Positions 1-7,619 of a DNA stretch of 64,000 bases are shown here, in pieces; position 1 is the first letter of the stretch, and each line of letters starts with the position of its first letter. The DNA is from Candidatus Saccharimonadales bacterium (GTDB lineage Bacteria > Patescibacteriota > Saccharimonadia > Saccharimonadales > JAUPVS01), in the NCBI GenBank assembly GCA_039920385.1, contig JBDSDR010000020.1, positions 6,341 to 70,340 of the forward strand. Direction: 5' to 3'. The notes below the pieces were generated by a model, which was not told the DNA's origin, searched no databases, and was given only the letters and a program-made list of their open reading frames with translations. Made by a program: the position numbers and the translations under genes.

Positions 1-3000
1 GTTTATACGGCACCAATAACAGGCGGAGGAACTATTGGCAGCTGGACTTCAGGGGCTTCTTTGCCTGCAATAACCTCTAGCGGAGGCGCCTTTACTAATA
101 ATGGTTTTGTCTATGCTCTTAGCCAAGATAAGACATATTACACCGCGCTCCCGGGTGCCCAAACTGGAGCAACCTTCACTGCGGCTAGCAGCAATTTTAA
201 CAGTAATCTTAATGTCCAAAATGCCGACACCAGCCCGTTCATCACGGCAGACATTGGCAATGATAGCTTGTCTGTGTTTGGATCGGCTCTATATAAGAAT
301 GCGACAAACTCAACGACGGCATTTGTTATCCAAAACGCCAATGGCGTTAACTTACTTCAGGCTGATACTAATAATAGTATTCTGTATGTTGGCAATGCGA
401 CTGCCGATGCAACTGGTACTCTGCTGGTGCTTGATACTAAAAACAACACCGGTGATCCAACGGGCGTTAACGGGGCAATGTACTACAATAGCTTCCTCGG
501 TAAATTCCGTTGTTATGAGGCCGGTGCCTGGGCTAACTGTAGCGGTAGTGGTGGCGTCGGTAATATTCTGCAAGATGGTAACAGTTTTGGAACCAACGTA
601 ACAATTGGCTCAAACGATGGCTTTGGATTGAATTTAGAAACTGGTTCAGGCACAACCGTAGCTTCATTTAGCAATACCGGCGCGGCTCAGTTCAAAAACT
701 CCACCAATAGTACGAATGCCTTCCAAGTTCAGAATGTTGCTGGCGAAAACCTCTTTAATGTTGACTCGGCTAACACTAACATTACCTTAAACGGGGTTGG
801 TACGGGTGAGCTTCAGAACTGGGCAACCAATGCCAACGCTCTGCCAGCTGGTCGCGCCCAAAGTGCAGTCGTAACTGCCAATGGCTATGTGTACTCGGTC
901 GCTGGTGCTTCGAGTACTATGCCTCAATCGGCTATCTATTATGCTAAGTTGAATGCTGACGGTAGTGTTGGTGCCTGGGCAACTAACAGTTATGCGCTCG
1001 GCTGTACGACGCCGGGGTGTGTATCGCCGGTTGCCCGATTAGGGAGTACCGCAACGGTAGTCAATGGTTTTATTTATGTAATTGGCGGTAGCGACGGTAC
1101 TAACGCACAAACTACGGCGTATGTGGCACGATTGAATCCGGATGGCTCAACCGGTGCCTGGACCACTGTTACTAGTTTGCCAGCAGCTCGTCAGAACCAT
1201 GCTTCGGTAAATGCCAATGGCTATATCTATGTCATCGGTGGCGAAATTGGTGGAACCGATCAAACTACGGTTTACTACGCAAAAACTAATCCCGATGGAA
1301 CATTGGGCGCGTGGACAACTTCAGCCAACCCGCTGGCTAATGCTGCAACCAATGTTTCGGCTACAATTGTAAACGGTTATGCCTTTGTGGTCGGTGGTGG
1401 CGCTGGTTCTAATTATCAGAACTTTGTTCGCTACGCCAAGCTGAACAGTGACGGAACCACTGCTGCCTGGGCAACTACCACAGCCCTGCCGCTACCGACT
1501 AAATCTTATGGAGTAACTACCATGAATGGTTACATCTATATAGTCGGTGGTGTTAGTGGGGCAGGGGCCAAGGATATAACCTACTATGCAAAGGTAAGTG
1601 GCACGGGAACAATCAGTAGTTGGCAGACTTCGGCGGCTCTCCTGCCGGCAACTCGCTACTACGGTAGTTCATTCAGCTCAAATGGTTACGTCTACCATCT
1701 TGGTGGCACAGCCGGTGGCGGTGGTCTTACTACTGTTTACTACGCTTCAACCTCTCGGGTTTCGGTAGGAGGTTCACTTGACTTAGTTGGTGTGGCCGGT
1801 GGTGATGGCTCTTCAGGCGGTAGTTTAACGGCCACCAATGGTACCTTTATAGGTCGCATACAGGTACTCGGTAATGCGGCAATTACTGGCAACACCAGTA
1901 TTGGCGGTAACTTCACGGTCTTTGGTCAGACAGCCTTTCAGAATTACACTAACTCGGCCAGTGCCTTCCAGATTCAGAACGCCAGTGGGGTGACTTTATT
2001 TAACGCCAATACGGTTAATAATCTGGTTTCAATTGGCAATGGGGTGTCGGCAACGCCAACATTGCTACAGCTTGGCAATAGCAATAATGCGGTTGACCCA
2101 ACTGGTTACGATGGCGCAATGTACTACAACGTAGCCCTCAATAAGTTCCGCTGTTACGAGAATGGTGGTTGGAAGAACTGTATCACTATTGCTGGCGGCG
2201 GCGGTGGTGGTGGCGACATCCTGAACGGTGGTAACACTGGTCTTGGTAACATGGCGATTGGTAACCTCGATGGCAACCGCCTTGATTTGCTTACAGCTGG
2301 CCAAACCAGAATTCGAATTGCTTCCGGCGGCGGCGTTATGATTAATAGTGTCGGTACGGCTGGTACGGTAGAAAAGTTCCGAGTTAATACGCCGGTAACT
2401 GTTGATAATGCAGCTGGTTCGATAATCGCGAGCACTGGAGCAGCCGATAAGGCTTTGGTCATCCAAGGAGTAGCTAGTCAAACTGGTAACTTGCAAGAAT
2501 GGCAGACCAGTAATGGAGTTGCTCGCGTTGTGGTTACGGCTAGTGGCGAACTGCGTATTTACGACACGACTGGTCTTGAAGCAACTCGCTTTGTTTCGTC
2601 TGCTAACGGGAGCCTCAGTATACTAACGACCGCCAGCAGCGGGAGCGCCGTCACCATAGCTCCAGATGGTGGATTGAACCTCGGTACGGGATCGACCGAT
2701 GCTATTGTGGTAGGCCGAAGCAGTGCCGATCGGACACTTGGTATTCGAGCCATTACTAGTATTAATGCGACTGCTTCGACGGTGGCTTTGACGGTAAAGG
2801 GTGTTACCAGTCAAACAGCCAACCTCCAGGAGTGGCAAGCTGTGGGCAGTACCATCTTGTCTGGTATTAACGCTAGTGGCCAACTCTTTCTGGGTCAACC
2901 ATCGGCCAGTACTGGCTCGACTCGATTCTATAACTCAGGCGGGGCAGGCGCAATTACCCTTCAGGCTAATAACCCAGGAGCAACCAATTACACACTAAAC

Positions 3001-5253
3001 TTACCGGCAGAAAACGGCACCCTTTGTAGTACTGGTAGCGTCTGTACTGGCTACGCTGCCGCTGCCACCAACGGATATGTTCAGATAGCGCCCGCAGCTG
3101 CTCAAATTGATACTACCACCAACAGCTCAATCTTTATAAATAAGACCGGTGCCAGTGGTAATATCTTCCAATTACAAAAAACGGCAACAGATGTCCTTAC
3201 GGTAGGCAACACCGGTGCAGTCTTATTTAAGAATACGGTTAACTCAACCACAGCCTTCCAAGTCCAGAACGCTTTAGGCACCAATGTTACGCTTGATGTC
3301 GATACAACTAATAACCGAGTTGGTATTGGTACTAATGCTCCTGGCGCGCAGCTTGAAGTCAATGGCAATATACTCTTTACGCAAGGCGCCGCTCGAACGC
3401 TTTCTGTCGCGGCTGCAACTACTACTGATGCGGCAGGGGCGGCACTAACGGTCCAGGCAGGAGCGGCCAATGGTACTGGCACCGGTGGAGCACTTAATTT
3501 GATTGGTGGCGCTGTTGGAAGTGGTAGTAATGCATCCGGTGCAGTTAATATCAGTACCAGCGCGGCCTTTGGGGTTAGTGGCGCAATCAACTTAACCACC
3601 AGTAACGGTGGCATTACTGGTGGCGCGATCAACTTAACGGCAGGTAACGGTGGATTTGTGGCCGGTACAATTAATCTGCAAACGGGTACTAACGGCTCCT
3701 CGGTCTATGGGGCAACTAATATCAATGCTGCTGGCGGCCGGGTCAACATCGGTCCAGCCCTTAATGCGGCAAAATTAAGTATTGTAAATGATGCTGCCAA
3801 TGCAAGTGATAATGTCTTACTCGTGTATGGGGCAACTGGTCAAACAGGTACTTTGCAAGCTTGGGCAAGCGCCTCTAACGGTGTTGTCGGTGTTGTCACT
3901 GATGCAGGTACAGCCACATTTTTATCTATATTCCAGGGTGCTAACCAAGTCTGTGACACTAGCGGAAACTGTCCTTCAACTTTGCAGGCTGTTTACAATA
4001 GCAGTACCAACCCCGAAATTGTCTTGGGCTCTGGTGCCAACGCTGGTTTGACGATTCGCAATAATGCCACACCGATTGCCGGAAGCTTATTTGAAATCCA
4101 GAATAATGCCGGTACGGTAACGTACTTTAAAGCCGATACTAACGGTATTGATATTCCAACCGGTAGCCTGAAGGTTGGCGGCACCGATCGTATTAGTAAT
4201 AGCGGTACGTTGTTGAATGTAACGTATAACGGTAGCACCATCGGTACGGCTTACGGTGGCACCGGTGCAGCCAGCTTTACCTCCAACGGTCTTTTGTTCG
4301 GCAATGGTTCCGGAACCTTGCAGGCAACTGCCGCCGGAAACAGTGGCCAGTGTTTGATCGCAACCACTGGATCGGCACCAACTTGGGGTTCTTGTGCGCC
4401 AGCTTCATCGGGTAATATCAACCAGGGTGGTAACAACTTTGGTAGTGATGTGACAATTGGTGCCACCGATGCTGGCTTCGGGATTAACTTATTGGCTAGT
4501 AATAACGCCGTGGCGCGTTTCTCGGGGGTCAATGGTTCGGCCATCTTCCAGAACTTCACCAATGATCCAAACGCTTTCCAGGTCCAGAATGCCGCTGGTA
4601 CCAGCCTCTTTAATATCGATTCTACTAATAATCGAATTTATATCGGCAACGCCACACCGGACAGCATCGGTACCATATTAGTACTGGATAATAAAAATAC
4701 AGCCGGTGATCCAACTGGCGTTGACGGCGCCATGTACTACAACTCTAACCTCGGCAAATTCCGTTGTTACGAAAATGCTGAATGGAAAGACTGTATTTAC
4801 AATTCTAAGACTGCTACCAAGACGGCCGACCAGACCTTTAGTTCGACCGCTTATGCCAATGTAAACAGCCTATCATTTGGTGTAGTCGCCAATAAGTCCT
4901 ACCGACTAACTTGTTCGCTTTTGGTGTCGGTGCCTAGTGGTACTAACGGTGGTAATGTGTCAATGACCGGCCCAGCCGCACCAACCCAGTACACAGCCAC
5001 CTTCCTGAAATCACTTGATCAATCAGGTGGCGATAACTATGCCACTAGTAGTACTTATGACGATGGTAGTGCTGCCACCACCTTTAAGGTCAATACGATT
5101 TCAACTGGTAGCAACCGCTTTATTGTTAACTTTAACGCGGTGTTAGCTAATGGCGCTAGTTCGGGTACTTGGCAGCTGCGGGCCAAAGCCTTTGATGGCG
5201 CTAGTTCGATCACATTCTATGCCAATAGTTCATGTAATATGTTGCCGCTGTAA
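1..5253 (+). CDS. Giant cell-surface/secreted repeat protein, 5' end cut by the window edge (Kelch-like propeller, tail-fibre-like repeats, C-terminal beta-rich domain)
   Basis: Frame 1 is open from nt 1. Nt 1-120 already encode a blade-like unit (GSWTSGASLPAITSSGGAFTNNGFVYAL), so the TTG at 61 in the ORF track is not the real start. Stop at 5251-5253. The protein is Gly/Thr/Asn/Ala-rich, with blades NGY[IV]Y[VI][IV]GG...YYAK.N.DG..G.W, five NST.AFQ[VI]QN units and three Cys-pair modules. Confidence 0.85.
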   Translation, partial: VYTAPITGGGTIGSWTSGASLPAITSSGGAFTNNGFVYALSQDKTYYTALPGAQTGATFTAASSNFNSNLNVQNADTSPFITADIGNDSLSVFGSALYKNATNSTTAFVIQNANGVNLLQADTNNSILYVGNATADATGTLLVLDTKNNTGDPTGVNGAMYYNSFLGKFRCYEAGAWANCSGSGGVGNILQDGNSFGTNVTIGSNDGFGLNLETGSGTTVASFSNTGAAQFKNSTNSTNAFQVQNVAGENLFNVDSANTNITLNGVGTGELQNWATNANALPAGRAQSAVVTANGYVYSVAGASSTMPQSAIYYAKLNADGSVGAWATNSYALGCTTPGCVSPVARLGSTATVVNGFIYVIGGSDGTNAQTTAYVARLNPDGSTGAWTTVTSLPAARQNHASVNANGYIYVIGGEIGGTDQTTVYYAKTNPDGTLGAWTTSANPLANAATNVSATIVNGYAFVVGGGAGSNYQNFVRYAKLNSDGTTAAWATTTALPLPTKSYGVTTMNGYIYIVGGVSGAGAKDITYYAKVSGTGTISSWQTSAALLPATRYYGSSFSSNGYVYHLGGTAGGGGLTTVYYASTSRVSVGGSLDLVGVAGGDGSSGGSLTATNGTFIGRIQVLGNAAITGNTSIGGNFTVFGQTAFQNYTNSASAFQIQNASGVTLFNANTVNNLVSIGNGVSATPTLLQLGNSNNAVDPTGYDGAMYYNVALNKFRCYENGGWKNCITIAGGGGGGGDILNGGNTGLGNMAIGNLDGNRLDLLTAGQTRIRIASGGGVMINSVGTAGTVEKFRVNTPVTVDNAAGSIIASTGAADKALVIQGVASQTGNLQEWQTSNGVARVVVTASGELRIYDTTGLEATRFVSSANGSLSILTTASSGSAVTIAPDGGLNLGTGSTDAIVVGRSSADRTLGIRAITSINATASTVALTVKGVTSQTANLQEWQAVGSTILSGINASGQLFLGQPSASTGSTRFYNSGGAGAITLQANNPGATNYTLNLPAENGTLCSTGSVCTGYAAAATNGYVQIAPAAAQIDTTTNSSIFINKTGASGNIFQLQKTATDVLTVGNTGAVLFKNTVNSTTAFQVQNALGTNVTLDVDTTNNRVGIGTNAPGAQLEVNGNILFTQGAARTLSVAAATTTDAAGAALTVQAGAANGTGTGGALNLIGGAVGSGSNASGAVNISTSAAFGVSGAINLTTSNGGITGGAINLTAGNGGFVAGTINLQTGTNGSSVYGATNINAAGGRVNIGPALNAAKLSIVNDAANASDNVLLVYGATGQTGTLQAWASASNGVVGVVTDAGTATFLSIFQGANQVCDTSGNCPSTLQAVYNSSTNPEIVLGSGANAGLTIRNNATPIAGSLFEIQNNAGTVTYFKADTNGIDIPTGSLKVGGTDRISNSGTLLNVTYNGSTIGTAYGGTGAASFTSNGLLFGNGSGTLQATAAGNSGQCLIATTGSAPTWGSCAPASSGNINQGGNNFGSDVTIGATDAGFGINLLASNNAVARFSGVNGSAIFQNFTNDPNAFQVQNAAGTSLFNIDSTNNRIYIGNATPDSIGTILVLDNKNTAGDPTGVDGAMYYNSNLGKFRCYENAEWKDCIYNSKTATKTADQTFSSTAYANVNSLSFGVVANKSYRLTCSLLVSVPSGTNGGNVSMTGPAAPTQYTATFLKSLDQSGGDNYATSSTYDDGSAATTFKVNTISTGSNRFIVNFNAVLANGASSGTWQLRAKAFDGASSITFYANSSCNMLPL
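295..540 (+). repeat. Cys-pair module copy 1 (NST.AF.IQN ... GDPTGVNGAMYYNSFLGKFRCYEAGAWANC)
   Basis: This ~80-aa module recurs three times in the giant CDS. It ends in the conserved DPTG..GAMYYN....KFRCYE..W..C motif. Confidence 0.8.
841..1755 (+). repeat. Array of ~50-aa Kelch-like beta-propeller blades inside the giant CDS
   Basis: A recurring unit is visible in the translation: LP..R......V..NGY[IV]Y[VI][IV]GG.......T.[VA]YYAK[LT]N.DG..G.W.T. Examples are NGYVYSVAG, NGFIYVIGG, NGYIYVIGG, NGYAFVVGG, NGYIYIVGG and NGYVYHLGG. Confidence 0.7.
1939..2181 (+). repeat. Cys-pair module copy 2 (... VDPTGYDGAMYYNVALNKFRCYENGGWKNC)
   Basis: Same module as 295-540. It is followed by a GGGGGGG linker encoded by ggcggcggcggtggtggtggc at 2196-2216. 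Confidence 0.8.
4549..4794 (+). repeat. Cys-pair module copy 3 (... GDPTGVDGAMYYNSNLGKFRCYENAEWKDC)
   Basis: Same module. My hand alignment of the 90-nt core against copy 1 gives 68/90 identical nucleotides. Confidence 0.8.
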
Positions 5254-5325
5254 AGGAAATTAGTATGAATATCTCACCAAAGTTGAAAATAACCATAAGA
5301 AGGAAGATAATGTAAGGGTCAGATC

Positions 5326-6753
5326 ATGGACAAACACAAACAATTCACCAAAAATGCTCATGAAGTCGGCTCGGTTGTTACGCCAGGCGGCAATGCCACT
5401 GTGCCCAGCAAGCATTTCAAATTTTCCGAAGCTGATTTATCGTCGGATTTTACTCCCGATATTGACCCTAGCGCCGTAGAGCCCGTAACAGTTAAACAGG
5501 CCCCAGCCGAAGAACCTGTCGAAGCTCCGGCCGACAATATTAAGGACATCACCGCTAAACTCTCGACAGCCCAGGTTGTGCCATTTGCAGCCAGTGCTGC
5601 CAACATGGGGGATGGAGCTGGCCCTACTGGTATTAAAGGCTTTTTCGCTAACCGCAAATATCGCTATGCCACGCTTGGGGTCGGCGTAATGATATTTGTC
5701 GTTGGTGGTTATTTAATCGGAAAGCAATTAACCAAGCCTGTTCAGATGGTAAATGATAGTAGCCAGCTTGATCAAGCCACTCTATTTATTGATTCCGATA
5801 CAAATACGGTTGGTATTAAGGTACCGGCTAACCCAGATGGTTTGCAGGTTGGTTCTACAGTGGGCACTAAACCAAGAGGGGCTGCCAATATTCGGATGGG
5901 CCTAATAAAGGGAACTGACCCGAGTTTACTGTTTGAAGACAGCCAAAAGAATACCTGGCAGGTCTTAGGGGCGAATGGTTCCTTGCAATTTATTCAAGGA
6001 GATACGACTCGGGCTAAACTTGATGAAAACGCTCTGTCGCTGACAAACTCACTAAATGTCGGCAGTAATTTGTCGGTTAAAGGCACTACTGTTCTGGGAT
6101 CAGATGCCAATAGCGCGTTAACAATCCAGGGCAATAAGGCTAACATACCAAACGGCCTTAGTTTTAATAATAATTTGCTTCTAATTGATAGTGGTAAGAA
6201 TAATGTGGCAATCGGGGCGGCTTCGGCGGGTGGTTACAAGCTGTTGGTGTCTGGTGCCGTCAAGGTCAATGGTAGTTTAACAACCGATGATCAGGTCTTA
6301 GCCACGGCCGGTAGTGTCGGCAGCCCAAGCTTTAGTTTTAACAATAATACAAATACTGGGATATTTAGGGCAGGGACTAATGCCGTCGGGGTGAGTTCTG
6401 GTGGAACCCAGGTTTTGCAAATTCAACAAGGTGTTGCCTATACCGTAAACGGCGCTAACTTCGAGGCTGATGGTTTCTTGCGAGCCGGCCGGGGCGGCAA
6501 CAGCCCATTATTCCAGGTTTTGCGGTTTACCGGCACGCTTGACGGCGGCGGCGCATCAACGGTTAACAACGGTTTACCTAATGGCAATGCTCAAGTTCTA
6601 ACAATCCAGGCTTTTTATAGGGGTAATAGCAATGAGGCACTGCCGCTCAACATCGAGTATGTAAATGGTGGTAATTTCCGAATTTCTGGTGGTATACCAG
6701 GTCGCCAGTTCCGAGCCTCGATGGTTTACAGTCAAGATACAGCCGGTTGGTAG
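5326..6753 (+). CDS. Membrane-anchored tail-fibre-like surface protein (hypothetical)
   Basis: ATG at 5326. One hydrophobic helix (YATLGVGVMIFVVGGYLIG) follows a charged N-terminus. The remainder carries tail-fibre-type motifs: NNVAIGAASAGGYKLLVSGAVKVNG and SPSFSFNNNTNTGIFRAGTNAVGVSSGG. Confidence 0.75.
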   Translation: MDKHKQFTKNAHEVGSVVTPGGNATVPSKHFKFSEADLSSDFTPDIDPSAVEPVTVKQAPAEEPVEAPADNIKDITAKLSTAQVVPFAASAANMGDGAGPTGIKGFFANRKYRYATLGVGVMIFVVGGYLIGKQLTKPVQMVNDSSQLDQATLFIDSDTNTVGIKVPANPDGLQVGSTVGTKPRGAANIRMGLIKGTDPSLLFEDSQKNTWQVLGANGSLQFIQGDTTRAKLDENALSLTNSLNVGSNLSVKGTTVLGSDANSALTIQGNKANIPNGLSFNNNLLLIDSGKNNVAIGAASAGGYKLLVSGAVKVNGSLTTDDQVLATAGSVGSPSFSFNNNTNTGIFRAGTNAVGVSSGGTQVLQIQQGVAYTVNGANFEADGFLRAGRGGNSPLFQVLRFTGTLDGGGASTVNNGLPNGNAQVLTIQAFYRGNSNEALPLNIEYVNGGNFRISGGIPGRQFRASMVYSQDTAGW

Positions 6754-6754
6754 C

Positions 6755-6994
6755 CTAGTAGCCAAGCTCGAGGTCGCGTAATCGTTCACCATAAGCTTTG
6801 AGCTCGTAACTGTGATCTGTTACAACCGCCCTCATAACCGTAACCTCGGCCTTTAGTTGGTTCAAATCTTCTTTAATGTTCCGGATGTCGCTGGGTACTT
6901 TGGCCAGTGCTTCGTCTAAGGCTATTAACCTTGCTAGGATATCCTTTAGGATCATTTGGGTCGTTTTTTGTGAAGCCACCATAACGCCCATCAT
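6755..6994 (-). CDS. Small coiled-coil protein, unexpanded relative of the D-x-R-F repeat proteins at 43595 and 48239
   Basis: 79 aa. The C-terminus IRNIKEDLNQLKAEVTVMRAVVTDHSYELKAYGERLRDLE resembles LRRDVSELKTDMKDVKINLRTIKKVLTATNAQVTDHDFRITRLE of the 48239 product. The N-terminal T..ILKDILARL resembles TNQDILEAL of the 43595 product. Confidence 0.55.
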   Translation of the reverse strand: MMGVMVASQKTTQMILKDILARLIALDEALAKVPSDIRNIKEDLNQLKAEVTVMRAVVTDHSYELKAYGERLRDLELGY

Positions 6995-7099
6995 AGTGGC
7001 TAGACAGTAGTAATGGCAATCAAAATGAATAGTTAATTAAAAGTTAAGGATTAAGCAATTACTTTGGCCGGATGATACCAAGATGTTACCATAAGTGTA

Positions 7100-7363
7100 A
7101 TGAAAGCCGTGATACTTTATCATCCTAAATCCGCCGAAGCCCGCACTGTTGAAGAATACGTCCATGATTTTGCGGCCCGCAATAGCAAAGAGATCGAACT
7201 GCTGAGCCTCGAAACCAGAGAAGGTGCGGCCATGGCCACAATTTATGACATCGTTCGCTATCCATCTCTGATGGTTTTAGATGGCGGTGGGCAACTCCAT
7301 AAAGCCTGGCAGGGTGAAACCATGCCGCTTATCGACGAATTAGCAGCCTATCTTGTCGCCTAG
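7100..7363 (+). CDS. Hypothetical 87-aa protein (possibly a thioredoxin-like fold, no CxxC)
   Basis: Clean ORF between two intergenic regions with no overlapping alternative. The fold guess rests only on the beta-alpha pattern and a YPSLMVLD-like segment. Confidence 0.5.
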   Translation: MKAVILYHPKSAEARTVEEYVHDFAARNSKEIELLSLETREGAAMATIYDIVRYPSLMVLDGGGQLHKAWQGETMPLIDELAAYLVA

Positions 7364-7381
7364 ACCCGTTTAAGCTATAAT
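7353..7381 (+). promoter_or_regulatory. Candidate sigma70-type promoter of the ileS leader (TTGTCG-N17-TATAAT)
   Basis: ttgtcg lies at 7353-7358 and tataat at 7376-7381, with a 17-nt spacer. This predicts a ~230-nt 5' leader. Confidence 0.45.
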
Positions 7382-7387
7382 AACAGA

Positions 7388-7605
7388 GTGACAATTCGGT
7401 AAATCCCTTGAGCAGCCATCAACTGCAATCCCGCTAAAAGGGGAAGGGAGCGGAAAGAACAGCCCATAAAGGCTTAGTAGACTCCGACGGCACGATGCCC
7501 GTTATAGCAATAATTAAGTGCTAAAAGAATCATTTCTTTTGGAAATCAGATGGAACCATCCGCCTCACCGTGGATTCTGATATCCGTTAAGAAATGATTT
7601 TTTGT
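7388..7605 (+). promoter_or_regulatory. Candidate T-box riboswitch leader (Ile specifier) controlling ileS
   Basis: Antiterminator-type architecture: helix A1 atcaga (7545-7550) pairs with tctgat (7576-7581). A 7-nt bulge tggaacc (7551-7557) matches UGGNACC. Helix A2 atcc (7558-7561) pairs with ggat (7572-7575). The upstream context aaatcag resembles the T-box consensus. A small hairpin at 7408-7428 displays AUC-A (7418-7421) in its loop. Confidence 0.55.
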
Positions 7606-7619
7606 ATATAAGGAGCCAT

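Noticed and set aside
4795-5325. Possible diversity-generating retroelement target at the C-terminus of the giant protein.
   Set aside because: The window contains no reverse transcriptase and no nearby non-coding template repeat. The downstream spacer is only 72 nt.
1-6753. Tail-fibre-like motifs might indicate a prophage or a tailocin.
   Set aside because: No capsid, terminase, baseplate, integrase or lysis genes are adjacent. The region flows directly into housekeeping genes (ileS). I interpret the genes as cellular surface proteins.
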